Shown here piece by piece: positions 18,638 through 29,167 of a stretch of DNA of 55,770 nucleotides. The DNA is from Promethearchaeota archaeon (lineage in GTDB: Archaea > Asgardarchaeota > Lokiarchaeia > Sigyniarchaeales > SOKP01), in contig JAHLWP010000028.1 of assembly GCA_019057865.1 (NCBI GenBank), positions 1 through 55,770 of the forward strand, written 5' to 3'. The position numbers were made by a program, and so were the translations under genes. The notes under the pieces were generated by a model. The model was not told the origin of the DNA, searched no databases, and was given only the letters and a program-made list of their open reading frames with translations. Every line of letters begins with the position of its first letter. Position 1 is the stretch's first letter.

Positions 18638-19163
18638 TCATCTCTTAATGTGGTTTATTTTTTGGATTATATAAGTTATACAATCAAATCCCGTGGTATT
18701 TTTCTTGACCATCTCTATTTCATTTACATGTCGTTTAATATCTTCAATATCATCGAGATTATCATGCTTTTTACGTAAAGTATTAATCTTTTCCTCCAAG
18801 GGAGCATAATATTCCGTCCACCAACATTCCTTTGCCCAAGGTATTTGTTTAACGAGTTTAAAGCCGAATTTAGGGAAGTGCTTGAGCTTTCTATCTGCCC
18901 AGTTAGTCGCTTCACCCGTGATCATAAAGCCATTCAGGTTCAGCACTCTATTACATTCCGTTAAGGTTTTCTTGAGATCAAGCAAGTGTATAACCCCTTC
19001 TTTCCAAATAATGTCAAACCTCTCGTCCTCAAATTGCGTGTCATATACTGAACGATTATACACCTTTACCCTGTCTGGAAGACCTTCTTGCTTAATCTTA
19101 AGATTTAATTTATCCAAGGCACTCTGATCAATGTCAATTCCAGTTATCTCACCATTACTTAAC
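18638..19163 (-). pseudogene. Class I SAM methyltransferase lacking its N-terminus (motif I)
   Basis: Frame continues upstream of the ORF call as LSNGEITGIDIDQSALDKL; FDIIWKEGV and RVLNLNG present; no GxG motif or start codon. Confidence 0.75.
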
Positions 19164-19580
19164 TTCTAATTCACAAGAGAGATAATTTGTGAAGTGTTGA
19201 GCTTTGTATTTAATGCTTGTTGGATATTTATTTGATAATTGTTCCATCCAATAAGCTTCAATTGAGACTATTTCCTTAATTAGTGGATTATTGTTTAGTG
19301 GAGGAATAGTATTATTCATCCTAGCGTATTTCTCCGTTAAAAGATTTCTTTTTGTGGATAAAGCAACTTGTAAATCGTTTAAATAGGATTTTAAAGATTC
19401 TAATGATAAAACTGAATGGTTCATTTCTCTCATAATTTCGAAGGTTTCAGGAAGATCTTGGCAGAGAGAAGGTTCAATTGTTCTAACTTTTTGGAACATA
19501 CCCAATTCAATAGCAATTATTTTTTTTAACTACTTCCTTTGTTTTCTAGGATTCATGTATTTTCTCTCTGGTTTTGACAT
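19155..19580 (-). pseudogene. DUF4125-like protein with internal stop and 3' truncation
   Basis: GAGGTG RBS + ATG 19580; TAG at 19532-19530; E.GMFQKV, CQD.PETF..MR, SYLNDL, RNLLTEKYARM, YLSCELE, then the ORF ends abruptly. Confidence 0.75.
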
Positions 19581-19711
19581 AGCGCACCTCTCAAAATTGA
19601 ATTAATAATAGAGAAGTCATATTTGAATTAATAATGAAAAAGGATATATTTTAAGATATGTTTAATTCTTTATTTGAAAATTAAAAGTTATCATTATTAA
19701 GAAAATTATTA

Positions 19712-20845
19712 ATGGGGATAAATAATATGAGTTCAAATGATATAGAGATATACAGAAAACTACAAGAACATTTTGATAAAATGCCTATAGGTTTTCCTGC
19801 TGTTAAATCTGGTTCTGATTTACGTTTGTTAAAACATCTTTTCACGCCTGAAGAAGCTAAAATAGCAATGTTATTGAAATTTGGCTGGGATAGAGATTTA
19901 GAAACATTAGAAACCATTTTTAAACGTACTAAAAAAACTGAAATATCTATTGAAGAATTAGAACAAATATTGGATAGGATGGCTAAAAAAGGATCTATTA
20001 TGTCAAAACGAGAAGGAGACAAAACCTATTATGGTAACGCATTACTAGTGGTTGGTATGTTCGAGTTTCAAGTAAATAAGCTTACAAAAGAATTTGTTAA
20101 AGACTTTGAAGAGTATTATATGGAAGCTTGGCTCCCAGAAGCTATGAAGGTTAGAGCTGCTCAGCTACGCACAATTCCAGTAGAGCAAAGCATTGAACCT
20201 GAGCATAATGTAAGTACATATGATGATCTTGAAAAACTTCTTGAAACTACAGACGGACCTATTGTAATAGTAAATTGTATTTGTAAACAGGCAAAGGATG
20301 TATTGGAAACCCCTTGCAAAGTCACAGAAAGGAGAGAAATTTGTATGGGATTTGGTAAAATGGCTCAATTATATATTGATCAAGGATGGGGTCGACAAAT
20401 TAATAATGAAGAAGCTCTCGATATTTTAAGAAAAAATGAGGAAGAGGGACATGTGCTTCAACCAGATAACTCACAAAATTTATCTTTTATTTGTAGTTGT
20501 TGTGGTTGTTGTTGTGAGAATTTAACGAAACTTGTATTATTACCCAATCCAGGAGATTTCTCAATAACTAATTATTATGCAGAAGTGGATTCTGATTTAT
20601 GTTCAGGTTGCGATACCTGTGTGGAAATTTGTCCAATGAAAGCAATTTCTCTTAAAGATGATATTTCCTTAATAAAAAGGAAACGTTGTATAGGCTGTGG
20701 AAATTGTGTTGCTAAATGTCCATCTGAAGCTATTAAACTTCTTAAAAGAGAAAGACAATTTGATCCTTTCCCAACGATGGATTATTTATTTGATAGAGTT
20801 ATGCTACGAAAAATGAAACTTATAGAAAAAGGATTGAAATCTTGA
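19712..20845 (+). CDS. 4Fe-4S dicluster protein with N-terminal wHTH-like region (paralog 1)
   Basis: LFTPEEA, CICK, ICSCCGCCC, two CxxCxxCxxxCP motifs. Confidence 0.88.
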   Translation: MGINNMSSNDIEIYRKLQEHFDKMPIGFPAVKSGSDLRLLKHLFTPEEAKIAMLLKFGWDRDLETLETIFKRTKKTEISIEELEQILDRMAKKGSIMSKREGDKTYYGNALLVVGMFEFQVNKLTKEFVKDFEEYYMEAWLPEAMKVRAAQLRTIPVEQSIEPEHNVSTYDDLEKLLETTDGPIVIVNCICKQAKDVLETPCKVTERREICMGFGKMAQLYIDQGWGRQINNEEALDILRKNEEEGHVLQPDNSQNLSFICSCCGCCCENLTKLVLLPNPGDFSITNYYAEVDSDLCSGCDTCVEICPMKAISLKDDISLIKRKRCIGCGNCVAKCPSEAIKLLKRERQFDPFPTMDYLFDRVMLRKMKLIEKGLKS

Positions 20846-20913
20846 AGAATAAGATTTAATTAAATATTTTTATCCAATTAAATTAATAATAATTAAAGGG
20901 TGAAAATTAAATT

Positions 20914-22020
20914 ATGACAGAAAATATTTATCGAAAATTACAAGAACACCTTGATAAGATGCCCATAGGTTTCCCTAGGGCGAAATCAGGAGCAGATATA
21001 CGTTTGTTAGAATATCTTTTTACACCTGAAGAGGCAAAAATAGCTACATTTTTAAAATTTGAGTGGTATAGAGATGTTGAGTCATTAGAACAGATTTATG
21101 AACGAATTAAAAATACGGGAATATCCTTAAAAGATTTAGAGAGAAATTTAGACAATATGGCAAAAAAGGGATCTATATTATCAAAAAGAGAAGGAAAAAA
21201 GAAATATTTCGGTAACGCTTTGGTGATAATTGGTTTATACGAATACCAAGTCAATAAACTTACAACCGAATTTTTAAATGTTTTAAATGAATATATTAGT
21301 GAAGTCTGGGGTGCGGAAGCTAATCCAACAGATTATCATCAATTGCGTGTTATTCCCGTTGATGTTAGTTTTGACTCAGAACTTAATATTGCTCCTTATG
21401 ATAATGTAAAAAAGATTATAGAAGACTGCGATGGCCCATTTGTAAAAATTAACTGTGTTTGCCGTCAAGAAATGGAATTTCACGGAGAGCCATGTAAAAT
21501 GACTAAACATAACGATAATTGCCTAGGGTTGGGAGATATGGCTCAAATGTACATCGATCAAGGATGGGGAACCCAAATTAGCAAGGAAGAAACTCTTGAA
21601 ATTTTACACCGAAATCAGGAAGAGGGATTAATTTTTCGACCAAGTAATTCTCAAAAAGTAGATTTTATTTGTAGTTGCTGTTATTGCTGTGATGGAGGGA
21701 TTTCAAGTTTACGAAACCTACCCAATCCTGCAGATTTTGTAGATTCTAATTACTACTCGCAAATAGATCCTGAATTATGTACCGGGTGTGGTACATGTCT
21801 TGAACGTTGTCAGGTTAAAGCCATTACTCTTATTGACGATATAGCTTCAATAGACCTAAAAAGATGTATTGGTTGTGGAAATTGTATTATAGTTTGCCCA
21901 TCTGAAGCTATTTCACTTCATCAAAAAGAAGAACAATATATTCCTCCTCAAACTATGGATGATCTTTATGATATGATATTAATTGAAAAAACTAAGTTAA
22001 AAGAACGTAAATCAAAATAA
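20914..22020 (+). CDS. 4Fe-4S dicluster protein (tandem paralog 2)
   Basis: Collinear with the previous gene: YRKLQEH.DKMPIGFP, LFTPEEAKIA, YIDQGWG, ICSCCYCC, two ferredoxin motifs. Confidence 0.88.
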   Translation: MTENIYRKLQEHLDKMPIGFPRAKSGADIRLLEYLFTPEEAKIATFLKFEWYRDVESLEQIYERIKNTGISLKDLERNLDNMAKKGSILSKREGKKKYFGNALVIIGLYEYQVNKLTTEFLNVLNEYISEVWGAEANPTDYHQLRVIPVDVSFDSELNIAPYDNVKKIIEDCDGPFVKINCVCRQEMEFHGEPCKMTKHNDNCLGLGDMAQMYIDQGWGTQISKEETLEILHRNQEEGLIFRPSNSQKVDFICSCCYCCDGGISSLRNLPNPADFVDSNYYSQIDPELCTGCGTCLERCQVKAITLIDDIASIDLKRCIGCGNCIIVCPSEAISLHQKEEQYIPPQTMDDLYDMILIEKTKLKERKSK

Positions 22021-22035
22021 TAAATTATTTTTTCA

Positions 22036-22575
22036 TTATTTCTTATAATAACTATAGACAGTGCCTTCTTCAATCCAACTCCAGTGGAACATTGGTTTGT
22101 GAAACTCTTTAACCAATTTAAAACCAGAATTTTCCATTTTTTTTTTAACTTCCTCTAAATCAATTCCATGATATCCTATATGTGTTGCGAAATAAGATAA
22201 AAAACCAGTTTTATCTTTTAAAATTCGATAAATTTCTTTCAATAATGTAATCCTATCCTCTTTATCTAATAGGTGATATACATCGTAAACTAATACTACA
22301 TCTAAGGAATTGTCTTTAAGAGTAATTCCAATTTCTTTAGAAGTTTTAATTATCTCTATATTTGTAATCTTTTGAGTCTGAATCTTTTCAGTTAACTCAT
22401 TAAGTGATTCCTCATCATTATCAAGGGCATAAATCTTTCCCTCGTTTCCTACAATTTTTGACGCAATTTGAGTATAAGTGCCTGATCCACATCCAAAATC
22501 TAAAATTTCCTGTCCTTCTTTAATACCTATTTCTCTAAGCACCGTTTCTCCTTTAGATTTTAACCAAACTTCCAT
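22036..22575 (-). CDS. Class I SAM-dependent methyltransferase
   Basis: ILDFGCGSG, IYALD, EIYRILK. Confidence 0.88.
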   Translation of the reverse strand: MEVWLKSKGETVLREIGIKEGQEILDFGCGSGTYTQIASKIVGNEGKIYALDNDEESLNELTEKIQTQKITNIEIIKTSKEIGITLKDNSLDVVLVYDVYHLLDKEDRITLLKEIYRILKDKTGFLSYFATHIGYHGIDLEEVKKKMENSGFKLVKEFHKPMFHWSWIEEGTVYSYYKK

Positions 22576-22712
22576 CTTATTATTAGATAATCATTTATGA
22601 ATTAAAATTTTAAGTTTATGAATTCCTTAAAAAAAAAGTTGTTCGTGTTATTAGTACGAAAATTCGCTTCTATCTGAAATTTAAAAAAACAAAAACTATA
22701 AGTAATAATTAA

Positions 22713-22822
22713 TGGAAGGAGCTAATCCGCACCAAACATTGGATTTCGCCCTCTATTAAGCTCAAAAAAGAGCTTAATTTTCTAATACCTTTTTATTTTA
22801 TGGTCGGATTAAATTCCTTTCA
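22713..22822. other. Structured intergenic element (nested inverted repeats; ncRNA, UTR or MITE-like candidate)
   Basis: TGGAAGGA..TAATCCG.ACCA (22713-22734) pairs with TGGTCGGATTA...TCCTTTCA (22801-22822); internal perfect hairpin ATTAAGCTC-A6-GAGCTTAAT (22755-22778). Confidence 0.45.
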
Positions 22823-22918
22823 CTTCTTTTTTATATCACTCAGAATCCTAATAAGTTCTTAATCATTATACTAATATCAATATTATTAACTTTTAAAAAG
22901 AGGATAAGGGATATTACG

Positions 22919-24235
22919 TTGTCAAATGAAAAACTTGTTTTGATAGGGGCAGGTTCATTACAATTTGGGCTAGGCAGTGTAGGCAGTATTTTGAATAGTG
23001 AAATTTTGAAGGGTGCTACTATTTGCTTGCATGATATTAACGAAGAAGCTCTCAAATTAGCACATGAAGCATGTGAATCAGCCATTAATAAAAGAAATCT
23101 AGATTTTACCTTGGAATCAACGATGATTAGGAAAGAGGCATTGAAAAATGCTACATTCATCATTAATTCAATTGAAATAACACCAAGATTCAAATTATTA
23201 GATATGGATTATCGAGTGCCGCAAGAATTCGGAAATAAACAAATTATGGGAGAAAATGGAGGTCCAGGTGGTTTGTTCCATTCACTCCGGACTATTCCAC
23301 CTATATTAGATATTTGTGAAGATATCCAAAAAATATGTCCTAGTGCTCTTTTTATAAATTATTCTAACCCATTAAGTAGAATTTGCTTAGCTATAAAAAG
23401 AAAATATCCATCCTTAAAATTCGTAGGGTTATGTCATGAATTTGAAGATTTTATTCCAATTTTAACCAAAATTCTTGGAAAACCGGTATTAAACTTCAAA
23501 ATCAAGGCAGGAGGGTTAAATCATTTTGGAGTTATTCTAGATATTAAACATAAAGATACCGGTCAAGATGCTTATCCTATAATACATAAAAATGGTCCAA
23601 AATTATTAAGATCGATAGAACAGGGTCCACTTTTAGATAGTGGTTATGATTTTATTGCCTTCATTTTGGAAACGTATGATTATCTTCCATACACCACTGA
23701 CGGCCATTATGGAGAATATATGCAGTGGGCTTGGGAACTAGTTGATATACCCGCTACACGCAAGTTCATAAGAGACTATGAACAATTTTTAAGTAACCAG
23801 TCTGAAAGACTTAAACGTCTTATAAAGATAGGGAAAGGTGCTAAAATTGTAAAATTGGACGGAGAACGTGCGATACCAATTATTGAAGGAATTGTATCAG
23901 ATGCCAATCATGAAGAAGCTTCAGTAAATATTCCCAACGATGATATTATTACCAACTTAACACAAGATTTAGTTGTTGAATGTCCAGCAATTATAAATAA
24001 AAGTGGTATTCATGGTATTAAACTTGGAGAATATCCTAAAAGCCTTGCTGCTTTATTAAGAACTCAAGCTTCAGTTCAGGATTTAGTTGTAGAAGCAATA
24101 CTTACCAAATCTAAGGATATTGCATTGCAAGCATTACTCGCAGATCCTGTTGTTGAAACTTATTGGCAGGCAAAAAAGATTTTGGAAGAAATGCTTAGAC
24201 TACAAGAAAAATACCTTCAAATAGAATTAGAATGA
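22919..24235 (+). CDS. Glycoside hydrolase family 4 (NAD/Mn-dependent alpha-galactosidase/alpha-glucosidase)
   Basis: LIGAGSLQF, GENGGPGG, NYSNP, VGLCH, GLNHF, ALLADP. Confidence 0.92.
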   Translation: MSNEKLVLIGAGSLQFGLGSVGSILNSEILKGATICLHDINEEALKLAHEACESAINKRNLDFTLESTMIRKEALKNATFIINSIEITPRFKLLDMDYRVPQEFGNKQIMGENGGPGGLFHSLRTIPPILDICEDIQKICPSALFINYSNPLSRICLAIKRKYPSLKFVGLCHEFEDFIPILTKILGKPVLNFKIKAGGLNHFGVILDIKHKDTGQDAYPIIHKNGPKLLRSIEQGPLLDSGYDFIAFILETYDYLPYTTDGHYGEYMQWAWELVDIPATRKFIRDYEQFLSNQSERLKRLIKIGKGAKIVKLDGERAIPIIEGIVSDANHEEASVNIPNDDIITNLTQDLVVECPAIINKSGIHGIKLGEYPKSLAALLRTQASVQDLVVEAILTKSKDIALQALLADPVVETYWQAKKILEEMLRLQEKYLQIELE

Positions 24236-24411
24236 AGATTCTTATTGTAAAAGTTTCCTTTATAATTCAAATGTAGAAAATTTATGTATTTCATAAAATT
24301 CTATTCTAAACTTTTTATTTTCCTTAACGCACCTGGTTTAATATTTTACATAATGTATGGACATTATCCGTTCAAAACATATTAAAGTTTATTTAAATTA
24401 TCTAAATTATT

Positions 24412-24558
24412 ATGATGGGAAAATGCAAAAATTCCATAAAGAGTTGTGGAATGATCCGTTCTACTAAAGATTTAGTGTTGTTAGAGGATGGAAAGTACAT
24501 GTGTTTCTTATGTTGGAATAAATACCATAAAGGGAAAGATGAGAAAATAAATAAATAA
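24412..24558 (+). CDS. Small zinc-finger-like protein (48 aa)
   Basis: Manual translation MMGKCKNSIKSCGMIRSTKDLVLLEDGKYMCFLCWNKYHKGKDEKINK; below the ORF-track cut-off. Confidence 0.5.
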   Translation: MMGKCKNSIKSCGMIRSTKDLVLLEDGKYMCFLCWNKYHKGKDEKINK

Positions 24559-24596
24559 TAAAACTAATTTTATTGAAGCCAATTAATGCAAGAATT

Positions 24597-24809
24597 TTAA
24601 TCATAAGACAATAGAAAGGTGGTTTCGAGATTAAACCTTCTAATTTTTATATCATCTTGTGATTTTTCAGTTTGAATCAGAGGTATTTTAATAACGATTT
24701 TAAAATCGTCTAAATAAATGTTGTTATAAAATCTATTTTTAAATTTATCCCAATCAAGATATTTACTTACTGATAATCCTTTTTTCTTAATTGTTGGGAC
24801 TAATGACAT
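24597..24809 (-). CDS. Small hypothetical protein
   Basis: 70-aa ORF preceded by GAGGT RBS. Confidence 0.45.
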   Translation of the reverse strand: MSLVPTIKKKGLSVSKYLDWDKFKNRFYNNIYLDDFKIVIKIPLIQTEKSQDDIKIRRFNLETTFLLSYD

Positions 24810-25077
24810 TTAATACCTCTAAAATTTTACTATTAATCTTATAGAGTTTGGTATTAATAAATTTGCCACTTATTTTTTATGATTTAACCCTAAATTTCTT
24901 ATTTTTTTATAAATGGATTACTAACTTCAAATCTACGTGATATTTTCTATACCAAAAATATTATAACAAACGACCTATTTATAAGTTTCGACTTTTTGAT
25001 TAAATAACTATTTGAATAATTGATTTCTTCACTTATAGGACATAAATTTAAAAGATATAATTTCTTAATCGATTTAA

Positions 25078-27042
25078 ATGAGCCACGGATATTTTGGCAA
25101 AGTTTTATGGATAGATCTCACAAACGAGAAGTTTGAGGAAGAAAATTTACCTGATAAGATTTATCGTCAATATTTTGGTGGATATGGCTTAGGTTGTAAA
25201 TTAATATATGAAAATATGCGACCTAAAGTTGATGCTTTAAGTGCCAATTCAATATTTGGATTTTTTCCTGGGTTATTAACAAGCACTGCCGCTCCCTTTT
25301 CGGGTAGGTATATGGTTGCTGGGAAATCTCCACTTACAGGAACTTGGGGAGATGCAAACAGCGGAGGGACATTCGGACCAGAGATTAAAAAGTGCGGATA
25401 TGATGCTATTTTATTTAAAGGTGCTGCTGAGAAACCTATATATGTTACGATTATAGATGGAAATAAAGAGATTTTAGATGCAGCAGACTTATGGGGTTTA
25501 GATATTATAAAGGCTGAAGAAAAATTAAAGATAAAGCACGGTAAATTTATTAAAACTGCTGGTATAGGACCAGCAGGAGAAAAACTATCACGTATTTCAG
25601 GAATTGCTAATGATAAAGGAAGAATTGCCGCACGATCAGGGATTGGTGCTATAATGGGTTCTAAAAATTTGAAAATGCTAGTTTTAAAAGGAAACCATAA
25701 AGTCTCAATGCATAATAAAGATGATTTTATGAGCTTAGTGAAAATATACAACCAAGAAGGAAAGAAAAAGGAACCCGGTAAGTTAATAAAATCTGTTTTA
25801 AACAAAGCCCCTAATTTTGCTAAGTTAATGCGGAGATTTAGGATTAAAATGTCAGGTTCAGCAGGGATGATACGCCATGTATATCATAACTATGGAACAA
25901 GCATGGGAAATACCCTAAGTGCAGAAATAGGTGATTCTCCGATAAGGAATTGGTCAGGAATTGGAATGTATGATTTTCCATTTTCTAAATCAAAGAATCT
26001 TTCAGCAATAAATATTCAGAGATATAAAGTAAGGGAGTATGGTTGTTATAGTTGTCCAGTTCAGTGTGGAGCAATATTAAAAGTACCTGAATTAAACTTT
26101 GAAGAGACTCATATTCCTGAGTATGAAACTTGTTGCTCATTTGGAGCTCTATTACTTAATAATGATTTGATGTCTATTTTTGAGATTAATGAATTGTGTA
26201 ATCGAGCAGCAATAGATACTATTTCCACGGGCGCGACTGTAGCGTTTGCTATAGAATGTTTTGAAAATGGCATTTTAACTAAAGAGGATACAGATGGATT
26301 TGAACTCACTTGGGGAAATGCGAAAGCAATAGTAGAGCTTGTTAAAAAAATTATTAACAGAGAGGGAATTGGAGATATTTTAGCTGATGGGTGTGATATT
26401 GCAGCAAAACAAATAGGAAAAGGAAGTGAGAATTTTGCTATGACTTCATTAGGTTGTGAAATTGCAATGCATAATCCGAGGATTTTTCCATCCCTAGCTT
26501 TTACCTATGCATATGATCCAACACCGGGAAGGCATACGGCAGCTAGTATTGATATGATTGAAATTGGGTCAATTAAAAAATTTCAGAAAGGATTAAAACT
26601 GCCCGATGGATGGAAGAAAAATGAAATGAAGTGGATAAAAGGACAAAAAATTACAACTTGTTTCTATCAAGCTTTATGTTGTGCTGGATTATGTTCGTTT
26701 TCAACATTATTCGGTCCTTACCCATTCCTCGATATAATTAATTCCTTAACTGGATGGAATATTACTGTAGATGAATGTTTAAATATTGGATTAAGGATTC
26801 AAACTCTACGTCAAGCATTTACTCTACGGGAAGGTATAAATATTGCCAATAATAAACTACCAGGACGAGTTATTGGAGATCCTCCAGATGAGAGAGGTCC
26901 AACTAAAGGAATTTCTGTCAATTATCAGAATTATTATGAAGGTTTTTGTACTGAAATGGGCTGGAATCCTGAAAATGGATATCCTTTAAAAGAAACTTTA
27001 AGAGACCTTGATTTGGAATTTGTTATAAAAGATTTATATTGA
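25078..27042 (+). CDS. aor: Tungsten aldehyde:ferredoxin oxidoreductase family
   Basis: KSPLTG, ANSGG, IGPAGE, AARSGIGAIMGSKNLK, CYSCPVQC, PEYET, DTIS, MGW..NG.P. Confidence 0.93.
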   Translation: MSHGYFGKVLWIDLTNEKFEEENLPDKIYRQYFGGYGLGCKLIYENMRPKVDALSANSIFGFFPGLLTSTAAPFSGRYMVAGKSPLTGTWGDANSGGTFGPEIKKCGYDAILFKGAAEKPIYVTIIDGNKEILDAADLWGLDIIKAEEKLKIKHGKFIKTAGIGPAGEKLSRISGIANDKGRIAARSGIGAIMGSKNLKMLVLKGNHKVSMHNKDDFMSLVKIYNQEGKKKEPGKLIKSVLNKAPNFAKLMRRFRIKMSGSAGMIRHVYHNYGTSMGNTLSAEIGDSPIRNWSGIGMYDFPFSKSKNLSAINIQRYKVREYGCYSCPVQCGAILKVPELNFEETHIPEYETCCSFGALLLNNDLMSIFEINELCNRAAIDTISTGATVAFAIECFENGILTKEDTDGFELTWGNAKAIVELVKKIINREGIGDILADGCDIAAKQIGKGSENFAMTSLGCEIAMHNPRIFPSLAFTYAYDPTPGRHTAASIDMIEIGSIKKFQKGLKLPDGWKKNEMKWIKGQKITTCFYQALCCAGLCSFSTLFGPYPFLDIINSLTGWNITVDECLNIGLRIQTLRQAFTLREGINIANNKLPGRVIGDPPDERGPTKGISVNYQNYYEGFCTEMGWNPENGYPLKETLRDLDLEFVIKDLY

Positions 27043-27137
27043 ATCTAATATTTTTTTAGTTGGTTTTGTTAAATATTTATATTCTTTAAACTATTCTAAT
27101 CAATCTTCTTTAATTACTTCAGGAGATAAATATAATT

Positions 27138-27626
27138 TTGAAAGAAGAAACTGGAGGTACTTTATCAGAAACTGAATCCCTAAAAGAATACATTAAAAAC
27201 GAGATAATTATTAACGCAAAGAAAGTAAGAGGTAGACATACACCGATTTCTGAAATTGTTAATAATGTACCCAAAACTCTAAAGATTAGAGAGATTTATA
27301 ATTTACAAGGTAAATTAAAGAATATTTATCTTTTTATAGCAAATAATTATACTAAAAAGCCAAAAACTCGCTATTTTTTAGTAATATCTCTAGCTTCTCA
27401 AAGTTCTGATTTTTTAGTAAGTCTCGCCAAAAATTTTGCGAAACGTAATGACTTAAAATTAATTCAATATTCAATTTTTCCAAAAATTTTAAGGATTAAT
27501 TTATTGTTGATAAAAGAGTTGACTGAGATAGAGGATTATTCAAAATCGATTCAAATGTTAAAAAATTTTAGAATCGTATTCCAGAATAGACTAACTAATT
27601 TTAGAGATCTAATAGAAAATCAATAA
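27138..27626 (+). CDS. Hypothetical protein
   Basis: 162-aa ORF, AGGAG upstream; no recognised motif. Confidence 0.6.
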   Translation: MKEETGGTLSETESLKEYIKNEIIINAKKVRGRHTPISEIVNNVPKTLKIREIYNLQGKLKNIYLFIANNYTKKPKTRYFLVISLASQSSDFLVSLAKNFAKRNDLKLIQYSIFPKILRINLLLIKELTEIEDYSKSIQMLKNFRIVFQNRLTNFRDLIENQ

Positions 27627-27703
27627 TATTTAAACATCATCACAATATTATTATTAACTATTACAAATTAGAATTTGAAATTTAAACTGAGAAACGAGTT
27701 TAT

Positions 27704-29167
27704 ATGTCCTTTAGAGAAAATACAGTGAAGATTGTAGCGACATTAGGTCCCGTGTCATCTTCAAAAGAGATGCTAAGGAAACTCATTGATGCGGGAGTCG
27801 ATATTTTTCGATTAAATTTTTCACATGGAAGTCATAGTGAAAAAGAGGAATTAGTTAACAGAATAAGAGAGGTAAGTGAATATACTGGAATTTTAGCCGA
27901 TATACAAGGTCCTAAGATCAGAGTAGGTGAATTCAAAGGTGATGAGCCTTACATTTTAAATGTTGGACAGGAGGTAAAAGTTTTCGAGAAAGAAATTGAA
28001 GGAGATCAAGACCAGTTTTCAGTTCCTTTAATTGGTTTCCTAAAATTGATGAAGACAGGTGACTTTTTTTTTGTAAATGATGGAATCATTAAAATTAAAG
28101 TAAAAAGTAAAGAAAAGGACCATATTCTTGGAGAAGTGTTATCTGGTGGAATAATCAGTGATCGAAAAGGTGTAAACATCCCTTCTGGTGAACTAGTACA
28201 GAGGGTTCCTACAGAGAAGGATATAAAAGATCTTGAGTTTATTGCTGATCTTGATCCTGAATATGTGGCAATTTCATTTGTATCTGGAGGAGATGATGTG
28301 CTCCACGTTAAAAAAATCCTTGAAAACTATGGAAATAATACTATAAAATTAATTTCAAAAATTGAACGTCCAATTGCTTTGGAGAGATTTGATGAGATAT
28401 TAGATGTTTCGGATGGATGCATGGTCGCCCGTGGAGACTTAGGTGTGGAAATTGATCCTGATAAAGTTCCCTTATGGCAAAAAGAAATGATTTATAAAGC
28501 TAATAAGGAAGGAAAGCCGATTATCGTTGCGACACAGATGCTTGAATCGATGATCTCGAACCCGATACCAACACGCGCAGAGGCAAGTGATGTTTATAAT
28601 GCAGTTATGGATGGAACTGATGCAGTTATGCTTTCTGCAGAAACTGCTGTAGGTAAATATCCAATACATGCTGTTCAATATATGAACCAGATTGCTAAAA
28701 CTGCTACTGAAAATATACCTGGAAGGACTCCTGATGAGTATGACTCAGGAAGTTTAACGCATACACAAACACTTGGACATGCTATACATGCCTTGGCCAC
28801 TGAAATGGAAGAGCTTAACTTCAGAGGAAAGATTGTGGTTATTACTCGTAGAGGATACGGTGTACGTATGATTGCAAAATACCGTCCTCCATTACCGATA
28901 ATTGCTATAACTCCATTTAAAAAAACAGCAAGAGAATTAAATTTAGTATGGGGGGTACACCCTGTACATTTAGAGAAATTTGATTTTTTTAACATGGATG
29001 CTGAATCTATTATAGAACAATCCGTTAAATATACCGTCAAAAGGGGAATAGTAGATGAAAATGAGCATGTTGTTATTTTATTAGTATCAAGGAAATTTGA
29101 AAGACGAGGAAACTTAGTAGGACTTTATTATGTAGGAGAGATTCTTGAATCAAAATCTGAAAATTAA
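27704..29167 (+). CDS. pyk: Pyruvate kinase
   Basis: KIVATLGP, RLNFSHG, DIQGPKIR, SKIER, MVARGDLGVE, ATQMLESM, PTRAEASDV. Confidence 0.97.
   Translation: MSFRENTVKIVATLGPVSSSKEMLRKLIDAGVDIFRLNFSHGSHSEKEELVNRIREVSEYTGILADIQGPKIRVGEFKGDEPYILNVGQEVKVFEKEIEGDQDQFSVPLIGFLKLMKTGDFFFVNDGIIKIKVKSKEKDHILGEVLSGGIISDRKGVNIPSGELVQRVPTEKDIKDLEFIADLDPEYVAISFVSGGDDVLHVKKILENYGNNTIKLISKIERPIALERFDEILDVSDGCMVARGDLGVEIDPDKVPLWQKEMIYKANKEGKPIIVATQMLESMISNPIPTRAEASDVYNAVMDGTDAVMLSAETAVGKYPIHAVQYMNQIAKTATENIPGRTPDEYDSGSLTHTQTLGHAIHALATEMEELNFRGKIVVITRRGYGVRMIAKYRPPLPIIAITPFKKTARELNLVWGVHPVHLEKFDFFNMDAESIIEQSVKYTVKRGIVDENEHVVILLVSRKFERRGNLVGLYYVGEILESKSEN

Noticed and set aside
24418-24440. Possible second BHB intron in the micro zinc-finger ORF (GGAA/TTCC helix)
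   Set aside because: Canonical cuts would delete the first Cys and shift the frame; no inner helix.
25167-25805. 212-aa antisense ORF and other short ORFs overlapping real genes (e.g. 1330, 6436, 8647, 11935, 14754, 19681, 22840, 28675, 40826, 41477, 45094, 48967, 53815, 55346)
   Set aside because: Shadow frames of well-supported genes; no motifs or RBS.
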